Assembly: GCA_016839585.1 (NCBI GenBank)
Contig: JAEOTZ010000061.1
Span: forward strand, 1 to 55,088
DNA: 55,088 bases
Origin: Promethearchaeota archaeon
Lineage (GTDB): Archaea > Asgardarchaeota > Lokiarchaeia > Sigyniarchaeales > SOKP01
Direction of reading: 5' to 3'
This document shows positions 29,742-39,467 of the stretch, piece after piece; position 1 is the first letter of the stretch, and each line of letters begins with the position of its first letter. A model generated the notes under the pieces. That model saw only the letters and a list, made by a program, of their open reading frames with translations. It was not told the origin of the DNA and did no database searches. Made by a program: the position numbers and the translations under genes.

Positions 29742-30755
29742 GTGTGTCAAATTCGGGAGTTAGTTCTCGGAATTGAATCTACAGCCCACACATTCAGTGT
29801 GGGGATCATTGATTTTGAGGGGAAAGTTCATAGTCTTGTAAATGATATATATATACCTGAAAAAGGGGGACTTCATCCCATTTTAGTAAGAGAAAACCAT
29901 CTTAACAATTTTATGAACACAATAATAAAAGCTCTTACTGAAGCAAGGATCTCAATTAAGGATATTAATTTGATTGCATTTAGTCAAAGCCCTGGATTAG
30001 GTCCAGTATTAAAAATTGGTGCATTAGTTACTCGGATGTTAAGTCAAATTTTAAAAATCCCAATTGTTGGTGTAAACCATTGTATTGCTCACATAGAAAT
30101 AGGGCGTTTGATGTGTAATATTAAAGATCCACTAACTTTATATGTTTCTGGAGGAAATACTATAGTAAGTGCATTTGAATCTAGTAGATATCAGATTTTT
30201 GGAGAAACATTAGATTTAGCGATTGGGAATATGATTGATTCATTTGCCCGAGATGCTGGATTATCTCATCCAGGAGGACCTAAGATAGAAGAATTAGCTC
30301 AGAAGTCAAATAAATATCTACCACTACCTTATGTAGTAAAAGGAATGGATCTATCTTTTTCTGGCATTTATACAGCTGCAAAAAGATTTATTGAATCTGA
30401 AGATTTTAATAAAAAATATAACTTAAACGATGTTGCAAATTCATTACAAGAAACTGCTTTTGCAATGTTAACTGAAGTTACTGAAAGAGCTTTAGCCCAT
30501 ACAGAGAAGACGGAAGTTTTATTAACTGGGGGAGTTGCTGCTAATAAAAAACTCCAACAAATGATTGAATATATCAGTAAAGAACATAATGCGAGATTTG
30601 AAGTAGTGCCATTAAAATATGCAGGAGATAATGGTGCAATGATAGGGTGGACAGGAATTTTAAGGTATAATTCAATAGGAGGTCATGATATTTCTGAAAC
30701 GATTATTAATCCGAAAGAACGAATGGATCAAATAACTGTTCCGTGGAGGATTTAA
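29742..30755 (+). CDS. kae1: KEOPS t6A threonylcarbamoyltransferase Kae1
   Basis: LGIESTAHT, VNHCIAHIE, LYVSGGNT, GGVAAN and DNGAMI. Confidence 0.97.
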   Translation: MCQIRELVLGIESTAHTFSVGIIDFEGKVHSLVNDIYIPEKGGLHPILVRENHLNNFMNTIIKALTEARISIKDINLIAFSQSPGLGPVLKIGALVTRMLSQILKIPIVGVNHCIAHIEIGRLMCNIKDPLTLYVSGGNTIVSAFESSRYQIFGETLDLAIGNMIDSFARDAGLSHPGGPKIEELAQKSNKYLPLPYVVKGMDLSFSGIYTAAKRFIESEDFNKKYNLNDVANSLQETAFAMLTEVTERALAHTEKTEVLLTGGVAANKKLQQMIEYISKEHNARFEVVPLKYAGDNGAMIGWTGILRYNSIGGHDISETIINPKERMDQITVPWRI

Positions 30756-31436
30756 ATGATGTCAAATTCAGAAATTATAAAAGAAAAACTTATACACAAG
30801 GGAGCTGAGGCAAGCCTCTACTATGGACATTGGTTTAATAAAGAAGTGTTCTTTAAATATCGAATTCCTAAAAAGTATCGATTAGAAGAATTAGATAAGA
30901 AGATTAGAACTATGAGAACAATAATTGAATCTCGTGCTTTGATTACTGTGAAAAATTTTGGATTAAATGTCCCACAAGTCTATGAGATTGATACTAAAAA
31001 TTCTATAATTGTGATGAAATATATAAAAGGTGAAAAATTGAAAGATATTTTGAATTCTTTAAATGATAATAAAAAACAAGAATATTTTAAGAAGATTGGT
31101 CGTGATATTGCATTACTTCATAAAAATGGTCATATCCATGGTGATATTACCACTAGCAACATTATAATAACTCAAAATGAAGACATTTTTTTAATAGATT
31201 TTGGTTTACATGAATATTCCGACACAATAGAAGATAAAAGTGTTGATCTCCACCTTTTTAAGAGAGTTTTGATTTCATCTCACGGTAAAGATTATGAATT
31301 TTGTTTTAAAGCTTTTCTCGAAGGATATAAGTCAGAATATGATAAAGAAGACTTAAATGTATATAATATGATAATAAAGAATATTACTGCCATTGAAACG
31401 CGTGGCAGATACGTAAAATCGGAAGAAAGATTGTAA
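30756..31436 (+). CDS. bud32: KEOPS kinase/ATPase Bud32
   Basis: KGAEA, HGDITTSN, IDFGL, EDKSVDL and RGRY. Confidence 0.97.
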   Translation: MMSNSEIIKEKLIHKGAEASLYYGHWFNKEVFFKYRIPKKYRLEELDKKIRTMRTIIESRALITVKNFGLNVPQVYEIDTKNSIIVMKYIKGEKLKDILNSLNDNKKQEYFKKIGRDIALLHKNGHIHGDITTSNIIITQNEDIFLIDFGLHEYSDTIEDKSVDLHLFKRVLISSHGKDYEFCFKAFLEGYKSEYDKEDLNVYNMIIKNITAIETRGRYVKSEERL

Positions 31437-31447
31437 TAAAGATAAAC

Positions 31448-31999
31448 TTATCCTTCAAATTTTTCATAACACACCAGTCTTTCTAATGGTTTTCTTTTAG
31501 CGGGAAGTATATATGCTCGTTCAGGATCGTCAACAGGATAACCTAATGGCGTAAATGTAATAATAATCCAATTATCTGGAATATCTAACAATTCTTTAAC
31601 TTCTTTTGCAATTGAAGAAGGCATTGTTGGGTACCATGATGAAAAGCATGTACCTAATCCTCGGGCCCAAGCTTCTAACATTAAATTTTGAGCACATATA
31701 GCTCCATCTAAAACTACCCATTTTGATCTCTTAGAATTTACTAAAATTGCGATTAATACCGGTCCATTTCTAAGAAATGCATGAAAACCTTTTAAAGGTG
31801 ATAATTCAACGATTTTCATCATTGTCTCCTTATTTTTTATGACGATAAATTTCCAGGGTTGTTTATTATCACCAGAAGGAGCCCATCTAGCTGCTTCTAG
31901 TACTGCATTTAAATCTTCATCAGGTAACATATCTGTTTTGAATCTGCGTGTGCTTCTTCTGGACTTAATTATATCCAAGATACTTATTTTTTTTTCCAT
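31448..31999 (-). CDS. Nitroreductase family protein
   Basis: RRSTRRF, APSGDNKQPW and QNLMLEAWARGLGTC. Confidence 0.9.
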   Translation of the reverse strand: MEKKISILDIIKSRRSTRRFKTDMLPDEDLNAVLEAARWAPSGDNKQPWKFIVIKNKETMMKIVELSPLKGFHAFLRNGPVLIAILVNSKRSKWVVLDGAICAQNLMLEAWARGLGTCFSSWYPTMPSSIAKEVKELLDIPDNWIIITFTPLGYPVDDPERAYILPAKRKPLERLVCYEKFEG

Positions 32000-32265
32000 T
32001 TATAATCGCTTCTACTATTCAATTAAACTACTAGAAAAAATGAAGTTTATATTTTGAATCCTACCATTTTCTTAATTAGATGGTAACTCTTCTTTAAGGT
32101 ATGGTTTGAGGTAAAAATAAAATATGTTCAATTGGATTAAAAGTGATTGTTATAATCGTTCAAATATATAATAAAGGTATAAAAAATATTTATATCGATT
32201 TAGCGTTCATTTATAAACAACATAAGTATATAAATAAGTTTTACTTAATATATTATAGCCAAAAA

Positions 32266-32312
32266 TGGAGTTTTGTTAAGGGCAGAGTGATTTTTGTCTA
32301 AGTAGTACTCCA
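32266..32312 (+). promoter_or_regulatory. G.U-rich hairpin in the 5' leader of the RHH gene
   Basis: TGGAGT/ACTCCA outer stem, then TTGTT/AGTAG, then GGGCAGAG/TTTTGTCT inner stem. Confidence 0.4.
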
Positions 32313-32356
32313 CCTTTTATCATTTTCTTAAAGTTAAATAAGTTTGTGTAAGCTAC

Positions 32357-32566
32357 ATGACAGAGGACAAGAAAAAGAAAAAAAAAACTAAAATGGTCAA
32401 TATAACTATAAATATCCCAGATATATATGATAAAAATATTCAAAAACTAATTAAAATGAATCTGATGCCCTCTCGCTCAGAGGCAATTAGAACTGCTCTT
32501 AGAGAGTTTTTACACAAAGAGTATGATAATTTGAAGTTGTTAGATTATTTTGAGGAAAATTTGTAA
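32357..32566 (+). CDS. Ribbon-helix-helix (CopG/Arc/MetJ) regulator
   Basis: NITINIP..I..L......SRSEAIRTALREFL. Confidence 0.85.
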   Translation: MTEDKKKKKKTKMVNITINIPDIYDKNIQKLIKMNLMPSRSEAIRTALREFLHKEYDNLKLLDYFEENL

Positions 32567-32601
32567 AGAAGATCCTTTTTTCATTATTAATATCTTTCTA
32601 T

Positions 32602-33558
32602 TTATATTAAGTTCTTTTTTAATTGCTGAAAAAAATCATCTAATACAATATTCCCTCCACTAATTATTACTCCAATTTTCTTATTCTTTGTTTTAATTTT
32701 ATTGGAAAGTAAAATAGCTACCGGTACTGCACCTGATGGTTCAACAACAAGTTTCATTCTTTCCCAAATAAATCTCATGCCATTTAAAATTTCAAGTTCT
32801 GATACTGTAACAATTTCATCAACATATTTTTGAATTATCTTAAAAGTTCTTTCGCATAATGATGTACGTAATCCATCTGCAATGGTTTCCGGATATATAC
32901 TTGGAATAATATAGCCTGCTTGAATAGATCGATAAGCATCATCTGCTATAGAGGGTTCAACTCCGTAAACCTTCGCTTTTGAATATAACCCTTTTGTTGC
33001 GATTGCAGTTCCACTTAATAACCCTCCTCCACCAAGTGGAGCAATAACCATATCTAGATCCCCTACTTCTTTAATTAATTCATATACTGCAGTTCCTTGA
33101 CCATAAATAACACTTTCATTGTCATATGGATGAACTAATACCAAATTTTTTTCAGTTATTAATTTTTTAGTGGTAGAAACTCGACTTTCTAATGAATTGT
33201 CACAAAATACAACATTGGCACCATACTCTTTAGTGGCATTAACTTTTATAATAGGTGCATCTTTTGGCATGACGATAGTTGCTGGAATATCTAATATTGA
33301 AGCCGCTAATGCAACTGCTTGAGCATGATTTCCACTTGAATGAGTAATTATTCCTCTTTTTTTCTGCTCAGGTGAGAGTTGACAAATTGTATTAAAAGCT
33401 CCCCTGAATTTGAATGATCCTGCTCGCTGGAAATTCTCACATTTTAAGTATACTGATGCTTTAGTAATCTCCCAAAGCATCCGCGAGGTCATGACTGGAG
33501 TTCTATTAATAACACTTTTTATTCTGTGATAAGCTTCTTCAATATCCTTTAAAGACAT
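32602..33558 (-). CDS. PLP-dependent threonine/serine dehydratase (catabolic/serine racemase-like)
   Basis: LKCENFQRAGSFKFRGA, SSGNHAQ, GGGGL and SGGN. Confidence 0.95.
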   Translation of the reverse strand: MSLKDIEEAYHRIKSVINRTPVMTSRMLWEITKASVYLKCENFQRAGSFKFRGAFNTICQLSPEQKKRGIITHSSGNHAQAVALAASILDIPATIVMPKDAPIIKVNATKEYGANVVFCDNSLESRVSTTKKLITEKNLVLVHPYDNESVIYGQGTAVYELIKEVGDLDMVIAPLGGGGLLSGTAIATKGLYSKAKVYGVEPSIADDAYRSIQAGYIIPSIYPETIADGLRTSLCERTFKIIQKYVDEIVTVSELEILNGMRFIWERMKLVVEPSGAVPVAILLSNKIKTKNKKIGVIISGGNIVLDDFFQQLKKNLI

Positions 33559-33676
33559 ATTATATTAGTAAATTGATGTTATTTGATAAGGAATAAATAA
33601 AATGATAATTAGAAATCTTAAGGGAATAAATTAATTTAATCTAAAGAATTTAAAAATCTTGTTACTAAAAAAAGTT

Positions 33677-33916
33677 TTATCGACGTCCTCGAATTTTACG
33701 TGCCTCACGCTCGACTTCCCTTAATATAACTATATCATCGACTCTAATTGGACCCTTCACATTGCGAGTCAAGATTCTATTCTTGTCAGGACCCTCAAGT
33801 ATCCGTACTTTTATTTGGCTTATTTCCCCTGTAAGTCCGGTACGACCAACAATTTGAATTACTTGAGCGGGAACTGATTTGTCCTGTTGTTGCACGCTTT
33901 TATCTAGCTTAACCAA
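33677..33916 (-). CDS. rps28e: 30S ribosomal protein S28e
   Basis: PAQV..IVGRTG..GE..Q...RNVKGP.R.DD...E.EREAR. TTG 33916 lies 6 nt after GGTGA (track uses 33922). Confidence 0.95.
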   Translation of the reverse strand: MVKLDKSVQQQDKSVPAQVIQIVGRTGLTGEISQIKVRILEGPDKNRILTRNVKGPIRVDDIVILREVEREARKIRGRR

Positions 33917-33929
33917 AAACAATCACCTA

Positions 33930-34301
33930 TTACTTTTTTAAACTTTCAAGCTTTTTTAAGATGTCATCCAAAACATTTTCATTTGCTGTGCCAAAAGATT
34001 CGATGGCAATCGCACTAGATCCTATATTTATTCTCGAAGCATTCCCAAGTTCTTTTTTTGTAGAGATATATCCGTAAGGTACTCCCTTTTCTTCACATAA
34101 AAGAGGTACATGAAATAATATTTCTGGTGGGCTAACATCTTCTGCCATTACAACAAACTTTGCTTGGGCTCTTTCGATTGATTTTGTTACTTCATTCATT
34201 CCCTTTCTAATTTTGGAATCTCTAGTTTCTGCAACTTTATTTATGGCATTCTTAATTTGATTTTTGAGTGCGTCTGGGACATTAAACTTAACATATGAAA
34301 T
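33930..34301 (-). CDS. rpl7ae: 50S ribosomal protein L7Ae, non-AUG (ATT/ATA) start
   Basis: The conserved N-terminus SYVKFNVP...KIRKGMNEVTK lies upstream of the track ATG (34199). An in-frame TGA at 34310-34308 leaves only TTT/ATA/ATT as possible starts. The ATT start gives 123 aa. Confidence 0.93.
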   Translation of the reverse strand: MSYVKFNVPDALKNQIKNAINKVAETRDSKIRKGMNEVTKSIERAQAKFVVMAEDVSPPEILFHVPLLCEEKGVPYGYISTKKELGNASRINIGSSAIAIESFGTANENVLDDILKKLESLKK

Positions 34302-34721
34302 TATAAATCATCTCCTTCAAATATATAATATTTTTGATATATTATCATAAATCATCGATTTACAATGAGAACAATAGTAAAGGATTGTAAATAAAATTTT
34401 TGATTTAAAATGAAAATTAGCAACAATAAAGAGCGTGTTTTAATAATTCTTTTAGATTTATCGGTATAAGTTGATTTAACTAAATTATAATTTTAATTTA
34501 AACTATAAGAAGCTAATTAGAAAAACTTATTTTTGATTTATATTTAAAATTCATAAATCTTAAAGTAGAGGATTCTCAAATTCTCAAAAAATTTGAAAGA
34601 CCACATTTTTTTTTAAAAAATAGTTATCTAACAAAAACAGATTTACATAATAATCTTCTTATTTAAATCTTTACAAATTTGAAATCTCGCAATCTTATTG
34701 TGTTTATTACATTGTATTTAC

Positions 34722-34911
34722 ATGAATAGGTATAGTACAACTGCATAGTATGTCGAAGGGGCTTATAATGTGGGTTGAGAGAGCAATATATTTAATTATA
34801 TTAACTTAACTCTTAAATCCAACTCAATGTCCCAAAACCACGGCAAATACACACTGGAGGTGAATATGCTTCTTTTTTAAGATGACGTACTATGCATTGT
34901 ACTCTATTCAT
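34722..34911 (+). ncRNA. Candidate structured RNA of about 190 nt closed by a 28-bp bulged stem
   Basis: ATGAATAG/CTATTCAT, AGTACAA/TTGTACT, TGCATAGTATGTC/GACGTACTATGCA, then G.U-rich GAAGGGGC/GCTTCTTT and inner hairpins. Confidence 0.45.
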
Positions 34912-35246
34912 AAATCTTCGGTTTTATTCTCTTTAGTATTCTGAAGAGTCTTAGAGATTTAAGTATAGTTTAAAAAGATTCATTTGGATAGTCTTATAGA
35001 AACATGGATTGATCCAATAAATTTACGTTTAACCTTGATATATTAAATGCATATGCCTAAAATATCAAGAACTTCTAGATTTCACCAATAAACTTAAACA
35101 CTCATTCAATTTTTAACCTAATCAGTAATATGAAAAGAATAGGGAAATATGTTTGAAACATACTTTTACCCTAAAAAGCCGTGGTAACTTAAAGAAATTA
35201 AAAAAATACCAAAAGACAAAAGAGATTAATAACCAAGGTTAAAGGT

Positions 35247-35813
35247 ATGATTGTATGGAGAAAAAGGAGTAGGCAAGTGGAAGAGTTAGGGAAAGTGGAT
35301 TTTAAAGGAGAAAGAATAATTATATTCATTGATCATGCAAATATTTTCCATCCATGTCAAGAATTAGGTGTTCGTATTGATTATAGAAAATTTAAAGAAT
35401 TAATGACACAAAAGAGTTATTTAGTTGGAGCTTTCATGTATTTGGGGATGCCTGATAAAATCTCAGCAAAGAAAGAAAAATTTTTGAAATATTTAACCGA
35501 GACGGCGGGATATACTATTCAGACACGACCTTTAAAGGTATTACCTCTAGGAACAACAAAGCAAAGGGGAATTGATATTTTTATTTATAAAGATATCGTA
35601 GAGCTAGCAGAAGAAGATGCGTATGATAAAGCTGTATTAGTATCTGGAGATGCTGATTTTGTGGATGCTGTGAGAAAATTGAAGGCATTGAAGAAAAGAT
35701 TTGTAATTTGGAGTTTTCGAAAATCTCTCTCCAAATTATTAAGAAAGGAAGCGGGAGAGGAAAATATAAGGTACATCGATAATATCTTGAAAGACATTAG
35801 TCGACAAGAATAA
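35247..35813 (+). CDS. NYN/LabA (DUF88) PIN-like ribonuclease
   Basis: IFIDHANI, KQRGID, AVLVSGDADF and YID. Confidence 0.9.
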   Translation: MIVWRKRSRQVEELGKVDFKGERIIIFIDHANIFHPCQELGVRIDYRKFKELMTQKSYLVGAFMYLGMPDKISAKKEKFLKYLTETAGYTIQTRPLKVLPLGTTKQRGIDIFIYKDIVELAEEDAYDKAVLVSGDADFVDAVRKLKALKKRFVIWSFRKSLSKLLRKEAGEENIRYIDNILKDISRQE

Positions 35814-36195
35814 TTTATATGGTTTCTTTAATAAGATATACGTTAATCACAGTATTATATATACTTTATTTTATTGCACCTATTCCAATATTAGTGCTTG
35901 TATAAAAAAAAAGAAGATCTAATTCAGTTAATACTAACAGTTGCTATATATGTAATAGGTCTTATTGCAAAAATCTGGTAAAAAAGATCTTTTATACATT
36001 TTATTCAAGAAGTTCCTAGTGATATAGCATAGCAACCTTTTATAAAATAATGCTCATCTATAATATTTTCTAATAAAAATCTATATATGGATTGAATGTT
36101 CATAAATCTTATAAAATTAAAATTTTCAAACTCTATTGGAGTTTAAATAGTTATATCATATAGATATAGTATAAATCAAACAAAATCGAAATTAT

Positions 36196-36437
36196 GGTGT
36201 TTTGGGGATATGCTCTTTTTTCTTATAGAACAATTTTTTTGTTGTGGCAAGCAATAAGGTGTTCTTAAAGAATATCCCCTCTCACCTGCCTAACTTATTA
36301 TTATAATTATTATCAAAATTTTGACAGTTCACGCCTTCTCCTCTTAAGTCTCAAATATTGTTGTAGTTTAAAAAGGTAATTTGAAACTAAAGTGATGTAG
36401 TTAAATTATAGCTACAATTGCCACAACAAAGAATTGT
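36196..36437 (+). ncRNA. Candidate structured leader/ncRNA ahead of the AEP operon
   Basis: Roughly 20-bp inverted repeat 36230-36250 / 36418-36437; crossing stem GGGGATAT/ATATCCCC; internal hairpins; TATA-like box at about 36170. Confidence 0.45.
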
Positions 36438-36443
36438 ATTAAT

Positions 36444-37145
36444 ATGAATATAACCAAAGTTATTTATACACCAGAAAGAGTTATCAAGATTTGCGTAAGC
36501 AAGACAGATAAAGACGAACAACAACAGATTGTTCCTGATCTTGTCCAGCACGCAGTTATATTTTACACCATAGGTTTAATAGATAAGCCTGAAACTTTAA
36601 TAGAAGAGGCTTATAGAATAAGTAAAAAAAAAGTTAAAATATATAAGAATATAATTGTCCTCTCTTTTAGCTTAGATGAGCTTAATCAAGTTGAGAATTG
36701 TGAAATTACCATTAACTCACTTGTCATTTTTTTGAGTTCTAGAAAGAAATTTGAGACTGAATTTGGAAGAACATTTCAATTTGAAGAGATTTACACTACT
36801 AAGGATCTTTTAGAAATTAAGGCTCCTGAAGTTCAGAGTAATAAAAAGCAAAAACAAAAACAGATTGAACCTACAAAAAAGACAGTTCAAGTTGATAAGC
36901 AATTTAAAGATTCCTATGAAAAATTTAAAGTTGAGATTGAAGACAGTAGTATAGGGGATATAATTAGAAATAAATCAAAACCCTTTGATCATGCTTTAAA
37001 AGAATTTGGAATATCGCTTCTTTGTAGGGTATTGATGGCCGTTTCACATCTTAATGTTCTTTTAAAAAATGATTTTAAAAGTGATCTTAACTCGTTTCTA
37101 AGATTGAATGTGCTCAACTTACATAAAGAGGTGCGCGAAGCATGA
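36444..37145 (+). CDS. Hypothetical protein, first gene of the AEP operon
   Basis: 233 aa with an ATGA overlap with the next gene. Confidence 0.7.
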   Translation: MNITKVIYTPERVIKICVSKTDKDEQQQIVPDLVQHAVIFYTIGLIDKPETLIEEAYRISKKKVKIYKNIIVLSFSLDELNQVENCEITINSLVIFLSSRKKFETEFGRTFQFEEIYTTKDLLEIKAPEVQSNKKQKQKQIEPTKKTVQVDKQFKDSYEKFKVEIEDSSIGDIIRNKSKPFDHALKEFGISLLCRVLMAVSHLNVLLKNDFKSDLNSFLRLNVLNLHKEVREA

Positions 37146-39466
37146 GTGATTTCTTTTCTAAAAAGATTTTATATATTTTAGAAAATTTACAGGTAAAAAG
37201 TTTCAATATTCACAAAAAAATTGATGAGCTAAGACACCTTCTTCAGGATGATAATTTCTCTTTATGGAATGCAATTAATAGGATTGCTGTATCCATGAAG
37301 ATAATCAGTCCTGATTTTAATATGATTCAACAATATGTTGATTTAGGTAAGATTAAAAGTCATGAATATTTGGCAGTTTATAAACAAATATCTGAAATCT
37401 TTAAAAATGCTATTTCTACACTTACAAATAACTTGGAATTCACTAAGAACTATTACTTTCCATTTAAAGATACTATTTTGATTAAAAGGACAGAAGAGTT
37501 CATTCCCTACAATAAAAAGACGTTTAAACGAAAGGATCATATCTTTCTCGAATTCAAGACATCCATATTAAGCTTAAATGATATAACCTCCATTCTAAAA
37601 GTATTGAGCTTAGAACAGCTATGCTATGCTTCTGAAGTTGAGCTAAAGGTAAGTGTTCGATATAGGATAACCAATACCTATATAACTGTGCTGGATGAGA
37701 AACTTGAAAAAACGTTCATTACAGAGTTTAAAAACTTTCTCTCCTTATCTGATAAAGATATTTTACGTAATCTTCTCGATCATCCTGAGTATTTTAAAGT
37801 AATTAAAATGTATATGTTCCCAAGTGGCTCATTATCGAAAGTAGAGGTGACCTTAGATATTCTTCAAGAGCACCAACCTTGTAAAAAACGTAGAATAGTC
37901 TCTGTGAATGGCTCTAAAATGAAGTTCCATGAGATTATAACACGCCACACTCCACATACTAAATTTAAAGAGATCATTACCACGAATGATATTGCAGGGA
38001 TCTATTGTTCTGTTAAAAGTGTAAATGATGATATTTTATATTGGTTAATCGATATTGACGTGCCTTCCATATTTTATAGCCTTTTCCCCGCTCATGAGGT
38101 ATGGAATCTAACAATAAATATCGCAAGAGCTATAATAAAATCTGCTAATAAATTTAACCTCCCCCCTTTCAAAATCTCGTACAGCGGCAGTAAAGGACTG
38201 CATATGTTGTATGCGGTAAACTCTGAGGCATTAGATGATAGTGAAAATCTAGTAAATATTCCGGAATTAGCTTATCAACAATTGCCTGGTACTCAAACTT
38301 TAAAGAAAGATAGTAAAAGCACAATTCGGGATAAATTTAAATTTTCAAAATCCTTGCTTCAGAGTTTACTGTTATATACCATCTATAAAGGAGAAATTGA
38401 AATTCCCCTTATCATCAGGAAAAAGTTTCGAATCTATCATCCTTATCAATTATTCAAAATATCGGTGTTTGATGAGAAAAATCTTTTTTCTATACTGCTC
38501 GATACTTCAAGTATGGGAAGAGGAGTATTTCGAATCTTTAGCCCCCATCCTACAACAAAACGAGTTTCAATCCCTATTTATGACATGAGAACACGACAAT
38601 TTCATGAACCCTTTCTTGAATATGATATATTAATAGAAGAAGCGAAAGTCGAGAATGTTATAGAGAAATTCAAGAATAATGATACAAGGTTGTTTCTACA
38701 AAAACCTAATGTTATTACACGAAACCATATAGGATCCCTCTTACATCCTCATGCTCTTTTTCCGAGCTTTGCTACTCTATTACGATTTGGTAATGTAGAA
38801 TCCATTCAGAGATCTCCTCAAAGCTTCGAATTTTGGCACCGATTTTTCGAATTAAGGAGTTTTTACCATTACATTAGACATCTTACCTTCATTTATGATA
38901 AGAATAATACAAATGTCGCAGGATTTTTGAATTATATTAAACATCTGGCGACAAGGCTAAATATTCAGAATAAAGAACGAGTGGTAACTTTATTAAAACT
39001 TTATTTTATAAAAAAGGTAATTAGCTTTCCGATTCTAAAAGAGAAGTTAGAGACGCTTTACAATATCGATTTCTTTTTTCGATTAAAATCTAATGTCTTT
39101 ATTGAACAAAATGAGGACGATTTAACAATATTATTTCAAAATGAGACGGAATTTACATATTTCCTAAATCAAGCAAAAAATCTCTTTTCCATTGTGTTAG
39201 ATACGATTTCACATCAAATTTTCCAAAAAAGATCCCTGAAATTATCTAAAAAACAGGTAATAGCGTTTGAAAAATTATCGAGAGATATATCAAATCTAAC
39301 AGAATTAGTTCACTATTATTTACGAGAACTAAATTACAAGTCAAAATTAATCCGAAAGGAAGAGAGGTTGATAAAAATCATTCATTTTGTCAGTAAATTG
39401 TATTTTATATTGACATCGTTTCTTAGGGAATTCTTTCCATCAAGCAAAACTCAGGAGGTGGTATAA
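37142..39466 (+). CDS. Large archaeo-eukaryotic primase (AEP/PriS-like primase-polymerase) with long N- and C-terminal extensions
   Basis: Motif I LIDIDV, motif II SYSGSKGLH, motif III LLDTS, then RIFSPHPTTKRVSIPI (PriS-type RxxxSxHxxT..PI). Confidence 0.8.
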   Translation: MSDFFSKKILYILENLQVKSFNIHKKIDELRHLLQDDNFSLWNAINRIAVSMKIISPDFNMIQQYVDLGKIKSHEYLAVYKQISEIFKNAISTLTNNLEFTKNYYFPFKDTILIKRTEEFIPYNKKTFKRKDHIFLEFKTSILSLNDITSILKVLSLEQLCYASEVELKVSVRYRITNTYITVLDEKLEKTFITEFKNFLSLSDKDILRNLLDHPEYFKVIKMYMFPSGSLSKVEVTLDILQEHQPCKKRRIVSVNGSKMKFHEIITRHTPHTKFKEIITTNDIAGIYCSVKSVNDDILYWLIDIDVPSIFYSLFPAHEVWNLTINIARAIIKSANKFNLPPFKISYSGSKGLHMLYAVNSEALDDSENLVNIPELAYQQLPGTQTLKKDSKSTIRDKFKFSKSLLQSLLLYTIYKGEIEIPLIIRKKFRIYHPYQLFKISVFDEKNLFSILLDTSSMGRGVFRIFSPHPTTKRVSIPIYDMRTRQFHEPFLEYDILIEEAKVENVIEKFKNNDTRLFLQKPNVITRNHIGSLLHPHALFPSFATLLRFGNVESIQRSPQSFEFWHRFFELRSFYHYIRHLTFIYDKNNTNVAGFLNYIKHLATRLNIQNKERVVTLLKLYFIKKVISFPILKEKLETLYNIDFFFRLKSNVFIEQNEDDLTILFQNETEFTYFLNQAKNLFSIVLDTISHQIFQKRSLKLSKKQVIAFEKLSRDISNLTELVHYYLRELNYKSKLIRKEERLIKIIHFVSKLYFILTSFLREFFPSSKTQEVV

Positions 39467-39467
39467 G

